A stretch of 64,000 bases of DNA from assembly GCA_902566305.1 (NCBI GenBank), contig CACFIK010000006.1, positions 1,731 through 65,730 of the forward strand, given 5' to 3'. Within the stretch, counting starts at the first letter, position 1. Every line of letters starts with the position of its first letter. The DNA comes from an uncultured SAR86 cluster bacterium. Lineage in GTDB: Bacteria > Pseudomonadota > Gammaproteobacteria > Magnimaribacterales > AG-339-G14. Shown here one piece after another: positions 1-11,106 of this stretch. The notes beneath the pieces were generated by a model, which was given only the letters and a program-made list of their open reading frames with translations, had not been told where the DNA came from and made no database searches. The position numbers and the translations under genes are program-made.

Positions 1-834
1 TCTGGAAATAAGGGTGTAACTAGAGAATATCCCCACACACCTGGAATAGACGCTGTTGGTGAAGTAATTGATAGCAATTCTTCAGATTTTAAAACCGGTG
101 AAAAGATTATAGTTACTGGTTATGACCTTGGCATGAATACATATGGTGGCTTCGGTCAATATATTTCAATTCCAGCTAATTGGGCCATACCTCTTCCTAA
201 AGAATTGACCGAAGCTGAAGCTATGTCAATTGGTACAGCTGGGTTAACTGCTGGACTATGCGTAAGAAAGTTACTGATGAATGACCTTACGCCAGATTCC
301 GGAGATGTTTTGGTCACCGGAGCATCAGGAGGGGTTGGTTCAGTTGCTGTCATGGTTTTATCAAAACTAGGTTTTAAAGTTGTCGCACTAACCGGAAAAA
401 AAGATCAAGCTGATTATTTAGAGTCATTGGGTGCATCCTCGGTAATTATGAGAAGTGAAATGGAAGAACAAGGGAAGCCCCTTCAAAAAGGGATTTATCA
501 AGGAGGAGTCGATACAGTCGGCGGAAACATTTTATCCAATTTCATAAGCCAAACATCTCAAAGAGGGGCAATAACTTGCTGCGGTAATGTAGCCAGCGAT
601 AAACTGCAAACTAGTGTTTTTCCTTTCATCCTTAGAGGGGTGACTTTAATAGGCATTGATTCAGCTGAATCTTTATTAGAAGTTAAAAAAGAAATTTGGA
701 ACCATTTTTCTAATGATTGGAAGATAGATTTAGAAAAAATTACCAAAGAGGTTCAACTCGAATCTTTATCTGAAGAAGTAGATAAGATTTTGAAAGGAGA
801 GCAAATTGGTAGGATTAGAGTGAACTTAGGATAA
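1..834 (+). CDS. YhdH/AcuI-family MDR oxidoreductase (acryloyl-CoA reductase-like), 5'-partial
   Basis: Frame is open from base 1 (SGNKGVTREYPHTPGIDAVG); motifs GTAGLTA, VTGASGGVGS, PFILRGV. Confidence 0.9.
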   Translation, partial: SGNKGVTREYPHTPGIDAVGEVIDSNSSDFKTGEKIIVTGYDLGMNTYGGFGQYISIPANWAIPLPKELTEAEAMSIGTAGLTAGLCVRKLLMNDLTPDSGDVLVTGASGGVGSVAVMVLSKLGFKVVALTGKKDQADYLESLGASSVIMRSEMEEQGKPLQKGIYQGGVDTVGGNILSNFISQTSQRGAITCCGNVASDKLQTSVFPFILRGVTLIGIDSAESLLEVKKEIWNHFSNDWKIDLEKITKEVQLESLSEEVDKILKGEQIGRIRVNLG

Positions 835-837
835 ATT

Positions 838-960
838 ATGAACGACGAATTTTATGAAAAAAAGACCGATAAGGAAGATAGCAAATTTGATGCAATCGTA
901 TCTGTAGTTGTCATCTTGGCTGTAACTGCAGCAATCGTTCTTTATGTTTCATCTCAATAA
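838..960 (+). CDS. Small (40 aa) single-pass membrane protein, hypothetical
   Basis: Not in ORF track; MNDEFYEKKTDKEDSKFDAIVSVVVILAVTAAIVLYVSSQ fills the gap between two co-oriented genes; charged N-terminus then a hydrophobic helix. Confidence 0.7.
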   Translation: MNDEFYEKKTDKEDSKFDAIVSVVVILAVTAAIVLYVSSQ

Positions 961-977
961 ATTAAAGGAGAAATTTA

Positions 978-1949
978 ATGGAAGTAAAAGAATTACTTAA
1001 AGATTTAAGAATCCCAGTCATAGGAGCACCATTGTTTACAGTTTCATATCCGGAGCTTGTAATTGCTCAATGCAAAGCAGGTATTGTTGGAAGTTTTCCT
1101 GCTTTAAATGCTAGACCTGCTGAAGAATTAGAAAAATGGTTTCAAAGGATATCTGCAGAACTAGAACAACATACAAGAGATAATCCTGATTCACCTGCAG
1201 CACCTTTTGCAGTAAATCAAATCTGTCACAAATCTAATGATAGGTTAGAACATGATGTTGAAGTATGTGTTGAATATAAAGTTCCAATGATTATCACAAG
1301 CTTGAGAGCACCAAAATTCGTTGTGGATGCCGTTCACAGTTATGGCGGAGTCGTTATGCATGATGTAATCAATATCAGACATGCTAAAAAGGCAATTGAT
1401 GAGGGTGCTGATGGATTAATTTTAGTTTGTGCTGGGGCTGGAGGGCATGCAGGCACATTAAGTCCTTTTGCATTAGTAAGCGAAGTAAGAGAATTTTTTG
1501 ATGGGCCAATTGCATTATCAGGATCAATATCTCAAGGATCATCAGTATTATCAGCTCAAGCGATGGGTGCTGATTTTGCTTATGTTGGCACAAGATTTAT
1601 TGCTACTGAGGAAGCAAATGCTTCAGAAGGCTACAAACAAATGATTGTTGAAAGTGCTGCTAACGATATTATGTATTCTTCAACCTTTACAGGAGTTCAT
1701 GGAAATTACTTAAAGCCAAGCGTTGTTAAAGCTGGATTAGATCCAGACAATCTTCCGGTTTCTGGAAAAGATGATATGAATTTCGGTTCATCTGGTTCTG
1801 CTATGAAAGATAACTCTTCCAAAGCCTGGAAAGACATATGGGGTTCTGGCCAAGGTATTGGAACGATCAAAAATGCTCCACCTGTTAAAGAGGTGGTTGA
1901 TCAGATGGTAGAAGAATATCAAACCATGAAAACAAAATTAGCTGTCTAG
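978..1949 (+). CDS. Nitronate monooxygenase / 2-nitropropane dioxygenase family flavoprotein
   Basis: PVIGAPLF, AGAGGHAG, AYVGTRFIAT, DIWGSGQG; AAGGAG RBS. Confidence 0.9.
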   Translation: MEVKELLKDLRIPVIGAPLFTVSYPELVIAQCKAGIVGSFPALNARPAEELEKWFQRISAELEQHTRDNPDSPAAPFAVNQICHKSNDRLEHDVEVCVEYKVPMIITSLRAPKFVVDAVHSYGGVVMHDVINIRHAKKAIDEGADGLILVCAGAGGHAGTLSPFALVSEVREFFDGPIALSGSISQGSSVLSAQAMGADFAYVGTRFIATEEANASEGYKQMIVESAANDIMYSSTFTGVHGNYLKPSVVKAGLDPDNLPVSGKDDMNFGSSGSAMKDNSSKAWKDIWGSGQGIGTIKNAPPVKEVVDQMVEEYQTMKTKLAV

Positions 1950-2666
1950 ATAATTTTGAGTTAATAAAAATTGATCATAATCCATATGCATTATTGCTAG
2001 TGCATCGTGGAAAGCTAGAACATTTATACTTCTTTTTATCATTTGAGAAGCTAAAGGAGATTTCGATTTAAATTTCTTGATCCACTTATTAATAACTTCA
2101 ATTTTTTTATCCCCATCAAACAATTCATCAAAAAAATTATATTTTTCTAATTCTTTCGTTGAGTAATTTGAACCAGATATGACCATTTCTTTTGTTTTTG
2201 ATGACCCTACTAGATTTTGTAATAAAGGAAGTCCAAGCCAATTTAGGTTCATTCCTAAAATAATTTCTGGATAGCCAATAATTGTATCTTTGTTACCTAT
2301 CCTAAAATCACAAGCTGTTGCTATGACTGCAGCACCGCCCAAGGTATACCCATTGGTAACACATATTGTTATTTGAGGAGTAGAGAGAATAGCTTCAATA
2401 CATTCTTTTCCATAATTCTTTTGCCATCTTTCTAAGTTATTTTGTTTCTTTTGTTTTTCTTTTATATCAGCTCCAGCTGAGAAATTTTTTTCATTAGAAT
2501 GAAGAACAATTATTTTAACTTTACTGTTCTTTGAAGCATCTAAAAAAACCCTTTTCAACTCATCTAAAGTTGCAGTATTTAAAGCATTCATAGATTTCTT
2601 TCGAGTTAGTTCAATATAGAAAACGCCACTTTTAAGTTCAGTTTTTAAATATTTGTACTTATTCAT
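1938..2666 (-). CDS. Enoyl-CoA hydratase/isomerase (crotonase) family
   Basis: MNALN, FSAGADI, GYTLGG, ACDFRI, YPEI.LG motifs. Confidence 0.88.
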   Translation of the reverse strand: MNKYKYLKTELKSGVFYIELTRKKSMNALNTATLDELKRVFLDASKNSKVKIIVLHSNEKNFSAGADIKEKQKKQNNLERWQKNYGKECIEAILSTPQITICVTNGYTLGGAAVIATACDFRIGNKDTIIGYPEIILGMNLNWLGLPLLQNLVGSSKTKEMVISGSNYSTKELEKYNFFDELFDGDKKIEVINKWIKKFKSKSPLASQMIKRSINVLAFHDALAIMHMDYDQFLLTQNYLDS

Positions 2667-2689
2667 TTATTAATTACTTTGAGAGAGAT

Positions 2690-3631
<942 letters not shown>

Positions 3632-3665
3632 CTATCTTTAAAAATGTTAAAATACTTAAAAACTA

Positions 3666-6029
3666 GTGAACAAACGCAAATCAAAAAAAAGATCTTTTAA
3701 CGGATTCAATTCTATATCTTTAAGCCCATCAATAAAAACTTACTTAATTGATGCTTTTATACTTTTTTTACTTTTAGTAGCTATTATAAGCACAATCGCA
3801 CTGGCTTCTTTTACTAGAGAAGATGCTGCCTGGACAACTCAAAATATAGTTGGAGAAACTTCTTATCAAAATGCAATAGGATTGATAGGTGCGTGGATAA
3901 GCGATCTTCTCTATTCTTTTTTTGGTGTTGTAGCATGGATAGTTCCTTCATTATTTTATTTAGTTGCCTTTGCCTATTTATTTAATAAAGAAACTAAAGA
4001 GGTAGTAACGCAATCTTCATGGGTGAGATTCTTTGTGGCGATGCCTTTTGGTTTGGTGTTAATAGCTATTTCATCGAGCGCTCTTGTAGCAATTCATTTC
4101 AACTTCGGAGGAAATTATTTTCCTCAAGGCTCTGAAGGAATTTTAGGAAAAATCATCTCATCTCCATTAATTTTGTACTTAAATAAAGTTGGTGCATCTA
4201 TCTTTGTATTATTTTTATTTCTTTTAGGCATAACAGCTTTTTTCAAAATAAATTGGAAAAATTTTGTTTCAAATTTTTTAGACTTTATTGTTAATTCATC
4301 CTTTTATATCAAACAATCATCACTGTCTTTAAGAGAAAACCTTCAAGTTTTTTTAGAAAAAAGAAAAGAAAAAAATAGTAGACAAAAATTTCTTGATGAA
4401 CACAAAGCTAAGATTAAGGAAATGCCAGAACCTAAAATTGTTGAATCAGAGAAAAAAGTCGAAGAGGGAAAAAAGGTTCATAAAGAAAAACAACAAGAAT
4501 TGTTTAACGATCCTGCTCCAGGCGATATGCCTAAGATTGGATTACTTGATGAAAAAGAAACATTAGGAAAAGAAATATCTTCAAAAGAGAAGTATGAGCT
4601 TGAGATCTTAAAGGAAGCTTTAATTACCAAGCTGGCAGAATTCAAAATTACTGGCCCTGAGGGTGAATATGCAGTTGTCAAAGAGACTATGCGAGGGCCG
4701 GTTGTGACAAGGTTTGAAGTTGAATTACCAAAAGGCATAAAGGTTTCACAAGTATCAAACTTAAATAAAGATTTAGCTAGATCTTTAGGCGTTGGAAGCA
4801 TCAGAATTGTTGAAGTTATAGAAGGTAGGGAAACCATTGGTATAGAGGTTCCTAATTCGGAGAGAGAAAATGTTCTGCTTAGCGAGATAATTGCTTCAAA
4901 ATTATTTGAGGATGCAAAAAGTTCTGTTTCTTTGGCCTTTGGTAAAAATATCGAAGGTGTTCCGGTAGTTGAAGATCTTGCCGGACTTCCACACATGTTG
5001 GTAGCCGGTACAACAGGTTCCGGAAAATCTGTTGCTCTAAATTCAATGCTGATGAGCATCCTCTACAAAGCAACTCCTGAACAAGTTAAATTAGTTCTTA
5101 TTGATCCTAAAATGCTAGAACTTTCTGTTTATGAGGATTTACCTCATTTACTCTGTCCAGTTATAACCGATATGTCTGAAGCAGCCAATGGCCTTAGATG
5201 GTGCGTAAATGAAATGGAAAAAAGATACAGACTAATGGCATCACTTTCCGTTAGAAATCTTAACGGTCTTAATTCTAAAATAAGAAAAGCTAGAGAAGAT
5301 GGAGAACCTTTAACGGATCCTCTTTGGAAGAGAAATCCAGAAAAAGAAGATGACAATCCGCCTGAATTAGAGGAATTACCTTTAATAGTTATCGCTGTAG
5401 ATGAATTAGCTGATCTTATGATGGTTGTTGGTAAAAAAGTAGAACACCTGATAGCGCGTCTTGCACAGAAAGCTAGAGCGGCCGGGATTCATATGCTTTT
5501 GGCTACGCAAAGACCTTCTGTTGATGTAATTACCGGTTTAATTAAGGCAAACATCTCTGCAAGGATGGCTTTCAATGTTGCCTCTTCAATGGATTCAAGG
5601 GTTGTATTAGATCAAGTAGGTGCAGAGCAGCTGCTTGGAAAAGGAGATATGCTTTATATAGGTTCAGGCACCTCAATTCCTTTAAGAGTCCATGGTGCTT
5701 ATGTTGGCGAGGAAGAAATCATTAGAGTGGTTGAGGATTGGAAAAATAGACAGTCAGTTAGTTATTTAGAAGAGGTTACTAAAGCACCAGAATCATCTGA
5801 AGGTCCAAACGGCGAGTCAGATGAAGAGAAAGATGAATTTTACGATCAGGCAGTTGCATTTGTAATAGATTCTAGAAGAGCATCTATATCAGCTGTGCAA
5901 AGAAAATTTAGAATTGGATACAACAGAGCAGCAAGATTAATTGAAACTATGGAAAGCGCAGGTATTGTCAGTGAAATGAACTCTAACGGAAATAGAGAAG
6001 TCCTATCTCAAAAAGTTGAACTTGATTAA
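3666..6029 (+). CDS. ftsK: DNA translocase FtsK
   Basis: N-terminal TM domain, Walker A GTTGSGKS, DELADLM, ATQRPSVDVITG, C-terminal gamma domain (RIGYNRAARLIE); GTG start. Confidence 0.97.
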   Translation: MNKRKSKKRSFNGFNSISLSPSIKTYLIDAFILFLLLVAIISTIALASFTREDAAWTTQNIVGETSYQNAIGLIGAWISDLLYSFFGVVAWIVPSLFYLVAFAYLFNKETKEVVTQSSWVRFFVAMPFGLVLIAISSSALVAIHFNFGGNYFPQGSEGILGKIISSPLILYLNKVGASIFVLFLFLLGITAFFKINWKNFVSNFLDFIVNSSFYIKQSSLSLRENLQVFLEKRKEKNSRQKFLDEHKAKIKEMPEPKIVESEKKVEEGKKVHKEKQQELFNDPAPGDMPKIGLLDEKETLGKEISSKEKYELEILKEALITKLAEFKITGPEGEYAVVKETMRGPVVTRFEVELPKGIKVSQVSNLNKDLARSLGVGSIRIVEVIEGRETIGIEVPNSERENVLLSEIIASKLFEDAKSSVSLAFGKNIEGVPVVEDLAGLPHMLVAGTTGSGKSVALNSMLMSILYKATPEQVKLVLIDPKMLELSVYEDLPHLLCPVITDMSEAANGLRWCVNEMEKRYRLMASLSVRNLNGLNSKIRKAREDGEPLTDPLWKRNPEKEDDNPPELEELPLIVIAVDELADLMMVVGKKVEHLIARLAQKARAAGIHMLLATQRPSVDVITGLIKANISARMAFNVASSMDSRVVLDQVGAEQLLGKGDMLYIGSGTSIPLRVHGAYVGEEEIIRVVEDWKNRQSVSYLEEVTKAPESSEGPNGESDEEKDEFYDQAVAFVIDSRRASISAVQRKFRIGYNRAARLIETMESAGIVSEMNSNGNREVLSQKVELD

Positions 6030-6603
6030 ACCATCTATCTTTTTATTTTTAATTTTAAATTCATTAAATTTAATATCCTGTGATGTTTCAAAAATAGAAA
6101 AATTTTTGGATGAAAATGTAAGATTCCAAGTATCTTATGAACAAAACTTTAGTGATTCCTCTGATTCCATAGAAGGCAATATTTACAGAGATTATGACAA
6201 TATAAAGGTTTTTTCTTTATCCCCAAGAGAAGAATTACTAATCAATGGCAAACAGATCTTTAGGCACGATCTTGAAATGGATCAATTAATAATTCAAGCA
6301 TCCAATGAATCTATCAATCAATCACCAGCCTTTTTATTATTTAACAAGCCAAATGCAATTTGTGATTTTTTTTCTGCAACCAATTGTACTGATCAATCTT
6401 GTAAATATTCTGACCCGTTAGATAATTTTTATTTAAAAAAAATTGAGATTGATTTTGTAAATCAAAAAATTAAAAAAATTGTTTACGAAGATATATTTGA
6501 AAGGATATCAACGATAATTTTATTTAAATACGAACAACTGGATAAAAAGGTATCATTTCAACCAGAAGTTTCAGATAAAACAGAAAGAATATTCCTAAAT
6601 TAA
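6016..6603 (+). CDS. lolA: Outer-membrane lipoprotein carrier LolA (divergent)
   Basis: Conserved position after ftsK; signal peptide; LLINGKQIFRHDLEMDQ..SPAFLL resembles the LolA core. Confidence 0.75.
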   Translation: MNLIKPSIFLFLILNSLNLISCDVSKIEKFLDENVRFQVSYEQNFSDSSDSIEGNIYRDYDNIKVFSLSPREELLINGKQIFRHDLEMDQLIIQASNESINQSPAFLLFNKPNAICDFFSATNCTDQSCKYSDPLDNFYLKKIEIDFVNQKIKKIVYEDIFERISTIILFKYEQLDKKVSFQPEVSDKTERIFLN

Positions 6604-6605
6604 AG

Positions 6606-7832
6606 ATGTTAGATAAAAAGCTATTAAATAAATCCCCGGAATTAGTTAAAAAAAATTTATCTTCCAGAGGTTACGTTCTCAATATTGATCAATGGAAAAA
6701 ACTTGAAGAAGAAAGAAAAATTGCTCAAGTTAATTTAGAAACAAATCAAGAGAATTTAAATAAATTATCAAAAGAAATTTCTAAGTCTAAGGATGATGCT
6801 AACTTAAAAGATCAGGCTTCATCCTTATCAACACTCGTAAAGCAAGATAAGGAAATACTTCAATCTATTCAAGATAATATTGACGAGTTTCTTCTGGATA
6901 TACCTAACATTTTAGATGAGTCTGTTCCAATTGGAGAGGATGAAACTTCAAATCAAATTATTGAAGAAACAGGCGATGTACCTAATTTCTCTTTTGAGCC
7001 AAAACCTCATTCTTTTTTTATAGAAAAAACTGATCAGGGTAGGGGAGTAAAAATTGCCAAAAGTCGTTTTACAGTTCTAAGCGGAGAACTTGCAAAATTA
7101 CATAGAGTTATCGGGCAGTTTATGATCGATACACATACTAACCTTCATGGTTATGAGGAATTGTATGTCCCTTATATTGTAAATAAGACCTCATTGATTG
7201 GCACAGGACAACTTCCTAAATTTGAAGAAGATTTATTTAAACTGACCGAAAGTTCTGATCTTTATTTAGCACCAACAGCAGAAGTGCCAGTTACTAATCT
7301 CCACAGAGATGAAAAACTAAATTCAGAGAAATTACCAATTAAATATGTGTGTCATTCGCCATGTTTTCGAAGTGAGGCAGGCAGTTATGGCAAAGATACC
7401 AAAGGTTTAATCAGACAACATCAATTTGATAAAGTTGAGCTCGTGAAGATTTGTCACCCAGACAATTCAGAAGATGAACACAAAAAATTAATTGATGATG
7501 CAAGTAAAATTCTAGAATTACTTGAGTTGCCGTTCAGGAAAGTGATCCTGTCCTCTGGAGATACGGGTTTTTCTGCTTCCAAAACTGTTGACCTTGAAGT
7601 TTGGTTTCCAAGTCAAAATACCTATAGAGAAATTTCTTCCTGCTCTAACTTTACTGATTTTCAATCAAGAAGAGCTAATTTGAAGTTTAAATCCGATAAA
7701 GGTAATGAATATTGTCATACACTAAATGGATCTGGCCTTGCTATAGGCAGGACTCTAGCTGCGATACTTGAAAATTATCAAACAGAAGGCGAAAATTTTA
7801 TATATCCAGAAGTTCTTAAAAAGTATATTTAA
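6606..7832 (+). CDS. serS: Serine--tRNA ligase
   Basis: GTGQLPKFEEDLF, PTAEVP, FRSEAG, REISSCSN, TLNGSGLA. Confidence 0.98.
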   Translation: MLDKKLLNKSPELVKKNLSSRGYVLNIDQWKKLEEERKIAQVNLETNQENLNKLSKEISKSKDDANLKDQASSLSTLVKQDKEILQSIQDNIDEFLLDIPNILDESVPIGEDETSNQIIEETGDVPNFSFEPKPHSFFIEKTDQGRGVKIAKSRFTVLSGELAKLHRVIGQFMIDTHTNLHGYEELYVPYIVNKTSLIGTGQLPKFEEDLFKLTESSDLYLAPTAEVPVTNLHRDEKLNSEKLPIKYVCHSPCFRSEAGSYGKDTKGLIRQHQFDKVELVKICHPDNSEDEHKKLIDDASKILELLELPFRKVILSSGDTGFSASKTVDLEVWFPSQNTYREISSCSNFTDFQSRRANLKFKSDKGNEYCHTLNGSGLAIGRTLAAILENYQTEGENFIYPEVLKKYI

Positions 7833-7929
7833 TATAAATAAAAAATTGAACCAATAAATTTTCTAAGTTGTAACATAGTTAAGTTAATTTTAAATTAAGA
7901 TTCTTCATTAAATAAAGGAGCGAATAAAC

Positions 7930-10900
7930 ATGATCCCCAATAATATTTTAAAATTAGTGGCAGTTGCTTTTTTAAGTAGTGTTCTCTTTTCTGTAGAAAC
8001 AACCTCAGATTTCAAAGGTAAGGTTACAGATAACTTTGGGAACGCACTTAGCGACGCTGAAATTACCATTACAAATACTTCAACGAATAGATCTAGTTCT
8101 ACTTCTGCGAATGAATCTGGTAACTTTGTTCTTTCAAATCTTCCGGTAGGAGGACCTTATACAGTTTTAGTCAGATCCTCGGCAGGATCTCAAAGATACA
8201 CGGACGTATACCTCAATTTAGGTCAAACTCTGTCTTTGAATGTAGTGCTAACTGATTTTGAACAATTAGTTGTTACCGGAGATCAAATTCTCGGTTCACA
8301 AGTAGCTTTAGGTCCAAGTAAAGTTTTTGATACTGCTGATCTTGATGCAGCTGTTGCTTACAACAGAGATATTAAAGAAGTGTTAGCTGAAGATCCAAGA
8401 CTCTACGTAGATGTTACTTCATCAGAAGCATACAGCGGTTTGCAATGTAATGGTCAGAACCCACGATACAATTCTTTCTCTTTAGATGGAATTGCAATGA
8501 ACGATGGTTTTGGTCTTAACAGTAACGGTTACCCAACAAACAGGTTACCTTTCTCATATGATTCGATTCAACAGGTATCTGCTGAATTCGCACCTTTTGA
8601 TGTTAAATATGGTGGTTTCTCTGCTTGTGTAGTTAACGCGGTTACCAAATCAGGTACGAATGAAGTTACAGGTAGTGCCTATTACGAATACACTGATGAT
8701 GGCCTGCTCGGTACAGAAATTGAAGGCAACAAGGGAATGATGGTTCCTTTTGAAGAGTCAAAAATAGGTTTCACTGTTGGTGGACCACTGGTAAGAGACA
8801 AAGCTTTCTTCTTCATTTCTGCTGAAAGATACGATGATGTCGATGTTGATCCATTTGGTCCTTTAGGATCCGGGGCTCCTTCAGAACTAGGTTTTTTAAG
8901 AGCATCCGATTACGACAGAATTATTGATATTGCTAAAAATAAGTATGGCTTTGACCCGGGCGGAATAGGCGGAGCACTAGATAGTTACGATAACAAGTTC
9001 CTCGCTAGATTTGATGTAGAGGCTGACGATAACAATTCTTTATCCATAACTTTCAATTACAACGATGGTTTCAATAACCAAGCTTCTGATTCATCCCCAA
9101 GCGAATTTGAATTTAATAAGCACTTCTATGAAAGAGGTCACGAAATGATGGCCTTAAACCTAGAACTTTTTTCTCAAATTACTGATAGCTTAGATAGTAA
9201 ATTAAGAGTTGGTTACAGAGATGTTGATAACAGACAGATCGGTATTGGAGGTCCTTTTGGAGATTTTCAAATTGATGTTGTAAATCCTGATAACAACGAA
9301 GAAGGTACTGTTTACCTTGGAGGAACTGATGACTCCAGACAGGCCAATAAAATGGATTACTCTACAACTGTTGTTCAATACTCATTAAACCAATTAGTTA
9401 ATAATCATTTGATTACTTACGGTGTTGAAGTTGAAAATACAGATATATTCAACTTGTTTATGCAACACTCTCTTAATGGTGAGTGGGATTTCTACGGCGG
9501 CATAGATGATTTTGATAACGGTCTTGCAAGAGTGTATTTTGGAAATACTCCTTCTTTAGACGAAAATAAAGCCGCAGCAGATTGGGGCTACGGACTAACT
9601 ACTCTTTTCATCCAAGATGAAATTCAAGCTTCTGATAGTGTTGAAGTAGTAGTTGGTCTAAGGTATGACACTTACTCAGTTAGTGGACAGCCTGCAGAAA
9701 ATGCCACTTTTAGAGCAGCTCATGGATATTCAAACACCATCACTCACGATGGCGCTGATGCATTAATGTTCAGATTAGGTTTTAACTGGGATATTGATGG
9801 CGATTCTCAGTTATACGGTGGTTACGGAGGTTTCTCTGGAGGTAATCCAAACGTTTGGTATTCAAATATGTTTTCAAACGACGGTGTTACTGCTATCCAA
9901 ACTAATGCGAGAAACTTAGAAATCTTTGATATACCAATGTGTAACAGTGATACTGGCGCTCCTTCGGATGCTGGCCCAGGTTTTGCTGTGCCATGTCAAT
10001 TAGTAGAAAAAGTTCAAAGCGGCAGTGCTGATAGTGATACCAACACGACTGATGCTAATTTTGAAGTACCAATTGTTCACAAAGTTGCTTTAGGATTTAA
10101 TTCTAGCTTTGGAGTAGAAGACTTACTTTTCAATGCAGACATTATCTACACTGAAGTTGAAAATCCTGCCATTATCAGAGATGTAAATAACGTTCCTACA
10201 GGAGAAACTGATTTTACAGGCAGACCTCTTTATAGCTGTGCTGGAGGAAATAAAAGAGATTCATTCACATGTTTCGGTCCTTTTGATTTTCAATTAACTA
10301 ATTCACAGCTTAAACCTGAGGGATTAACTTATTCAGCTTCTCTGAGCAAACTTTGGAGAGAGCACGATGTAAGAATAGCTATTGGTTATGCCAATACTTC
10401 CATGGAAGATGTCAGTCCAATGACTTCAAGTGTTGCGTATTCAAACTACACAGGAGTTGCGGTAACAGATAGAAACAATCCTGCTTTAGGTAATTCTAAT
10501 CACACCATTCCTGAGAGAGTTACTGCATCGTTGAGATATTCACCGGTAACTATTGAGGGTGGTTATAGATTGAAAGTTTCTTTATTCTTAAATCACTTCC
10601 AAAGCAGATCTTATTCATATGTTTACGATGGAGAAGTGCACGGACAAACTCCAGCTTTCACGGATCAAAGTTTGTTATATGTTCCGGTTAATGCAGCTGA
10701 TCCAAATGTAGTGTTCGATGGAATAGATCCTGCAGCTTTCTTTGCATTAACTGATGCCGCTGGATGTCCAAGAGGACAATACTGTCCTAGAAACTCAATT
10801 GATGGTTCTTGGAACACCATGGTTAATATGAAAGTTGCTCAAGAATTCCCTGGTTTTGTAGCTGGTCATGAAGCTGAGCTCTACATGGTTATCAGAAACT

Positions 10901-11097
10901 TAGGAAACCTTCTGGACTCTAATTACGGAGTATTCAGAGAGCCAGGTTTCCCTCTTATGCAAAGAGTTGCAAGGATGAGTGAAATTGATGATGATGGCAG
11001 ATATGTTTATGACAGACTATATTCTCCAAGAGGTTCAAGTATTTCTCCTCGAGGAAGTGTGTACGAAGTCAAGTTTGGTTTTTACTACAGATTCTAA
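7930..11097 (+). CDS. TonB-dependent receptor (Oar-like, N-terminal carboxypeptidase-regulatory-like domain)
   Basis: Signal peptide; NLPVGGPYTV domain; plug motifs DGIAMND.FGL and INAVTKSGTN-like; C-terminal Y-R-F; AAGGAG RBS. Confidence 0.93.
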   Translation: MIPNNILKLVAVAFLSSVLFSVETTSDFKGKVTDNFGNALSDAEITITNTSTNRSSSTSANESGNFVLSNLPVGGPYTVLVRSSAGSQRYTDVYLNLGQTLSLNVVLTDFEQLVVTGDQILGSQVALGPSKVFDTADLDAAVAYNRDIKEVLAEDPRLYVDVTSSEAYSGLQCNGQNPRYNSFSLDGIAMNDGFGLNSNGYPTNRLPFSYDSIQQVSAEFAPFDVKYGGFSACVVNAVTKSGTNEVTGSAYYEYTDDGLLGTEIEGNKGMMVPFEESKIGFTVGGPLVRDKAFFFISAERYDDVDVDPFGPLGSGAPSELGFLRASDYDRIIDIAKNKYGFDPGGIGGALDSYDNKFLARFDVEADDNNSLSITFNYNDGFNNQASDSSPSEFEFNKHFYERGHEMMALNLELFSQITDSLDSKLRVGYRDVDNRQIGIGGPFGDFQIDVVNPDNNEEGTVYLGGTDDSRQANKMDYSTTVVQYSLNQLVNNHLITYGVEVENTDIFNLFMQHSLNGEWDFYGGIDDFDNGLARVYFGNTPSLDENKAAADWGYGLTTLFIQDEIQASDSVEVVVGLRYDTYSVSGQPAENATFRAAHGYSNTITHDGADALMFRLGFNWDIDGDSQLYGGYGGFSGGNPNVWYSNMFSNDGVTAIQTNARNLEIFDIPMCNSDTGAPSDAGPGFAVPCQLVEKVQSGSADSDTNTTDANFEVPIVHKVALGFNSSFGVEDLLFNADIIYTEVENPAIIRDVNNVPTGETDFTGRPLYSCAGGNKRDSFTCFGPFDFQLTNSQLKPEGLTYSASLSKLWREHDVRIAIGYANTSMEDVSPMTSSVAYSNYTGVAVTDRNNPALGNSNHTIPERVTASLRYSPVTIEGGYRLKVSLFLNHFQSRSYSYVYDGEVHGQTPAFTDQSLLYVPVNAADPNVVFDGIDPAAFFALTDAAGCPRGQYCPRNSIDGSWNTMVNMKVAQEFPGFVAGHEAELYMVIRNLGNLLDSNYGVFREPGFPLMQRVARMSEIDDDGRYVYDRLYSPRGSSISPRGSVYEVKFGFYYRF

Positions 11098-11106
11098 GAG
11101 AAAAAA

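Noticed and set aside
4478-5059. 193-aa minus-strand ORF and similar antisense ORFs (e.g. 14082-14561, 35906-36298, 42922-43284)
   Set aside because: They lie wholly or mostly opposite well-supported genes and have no recognisable motifs.
7833-7929. Operator upstream of the TonB receptor
   Set aside because: Only weak AT-rich palindromes; no convincing Fur or other named box.
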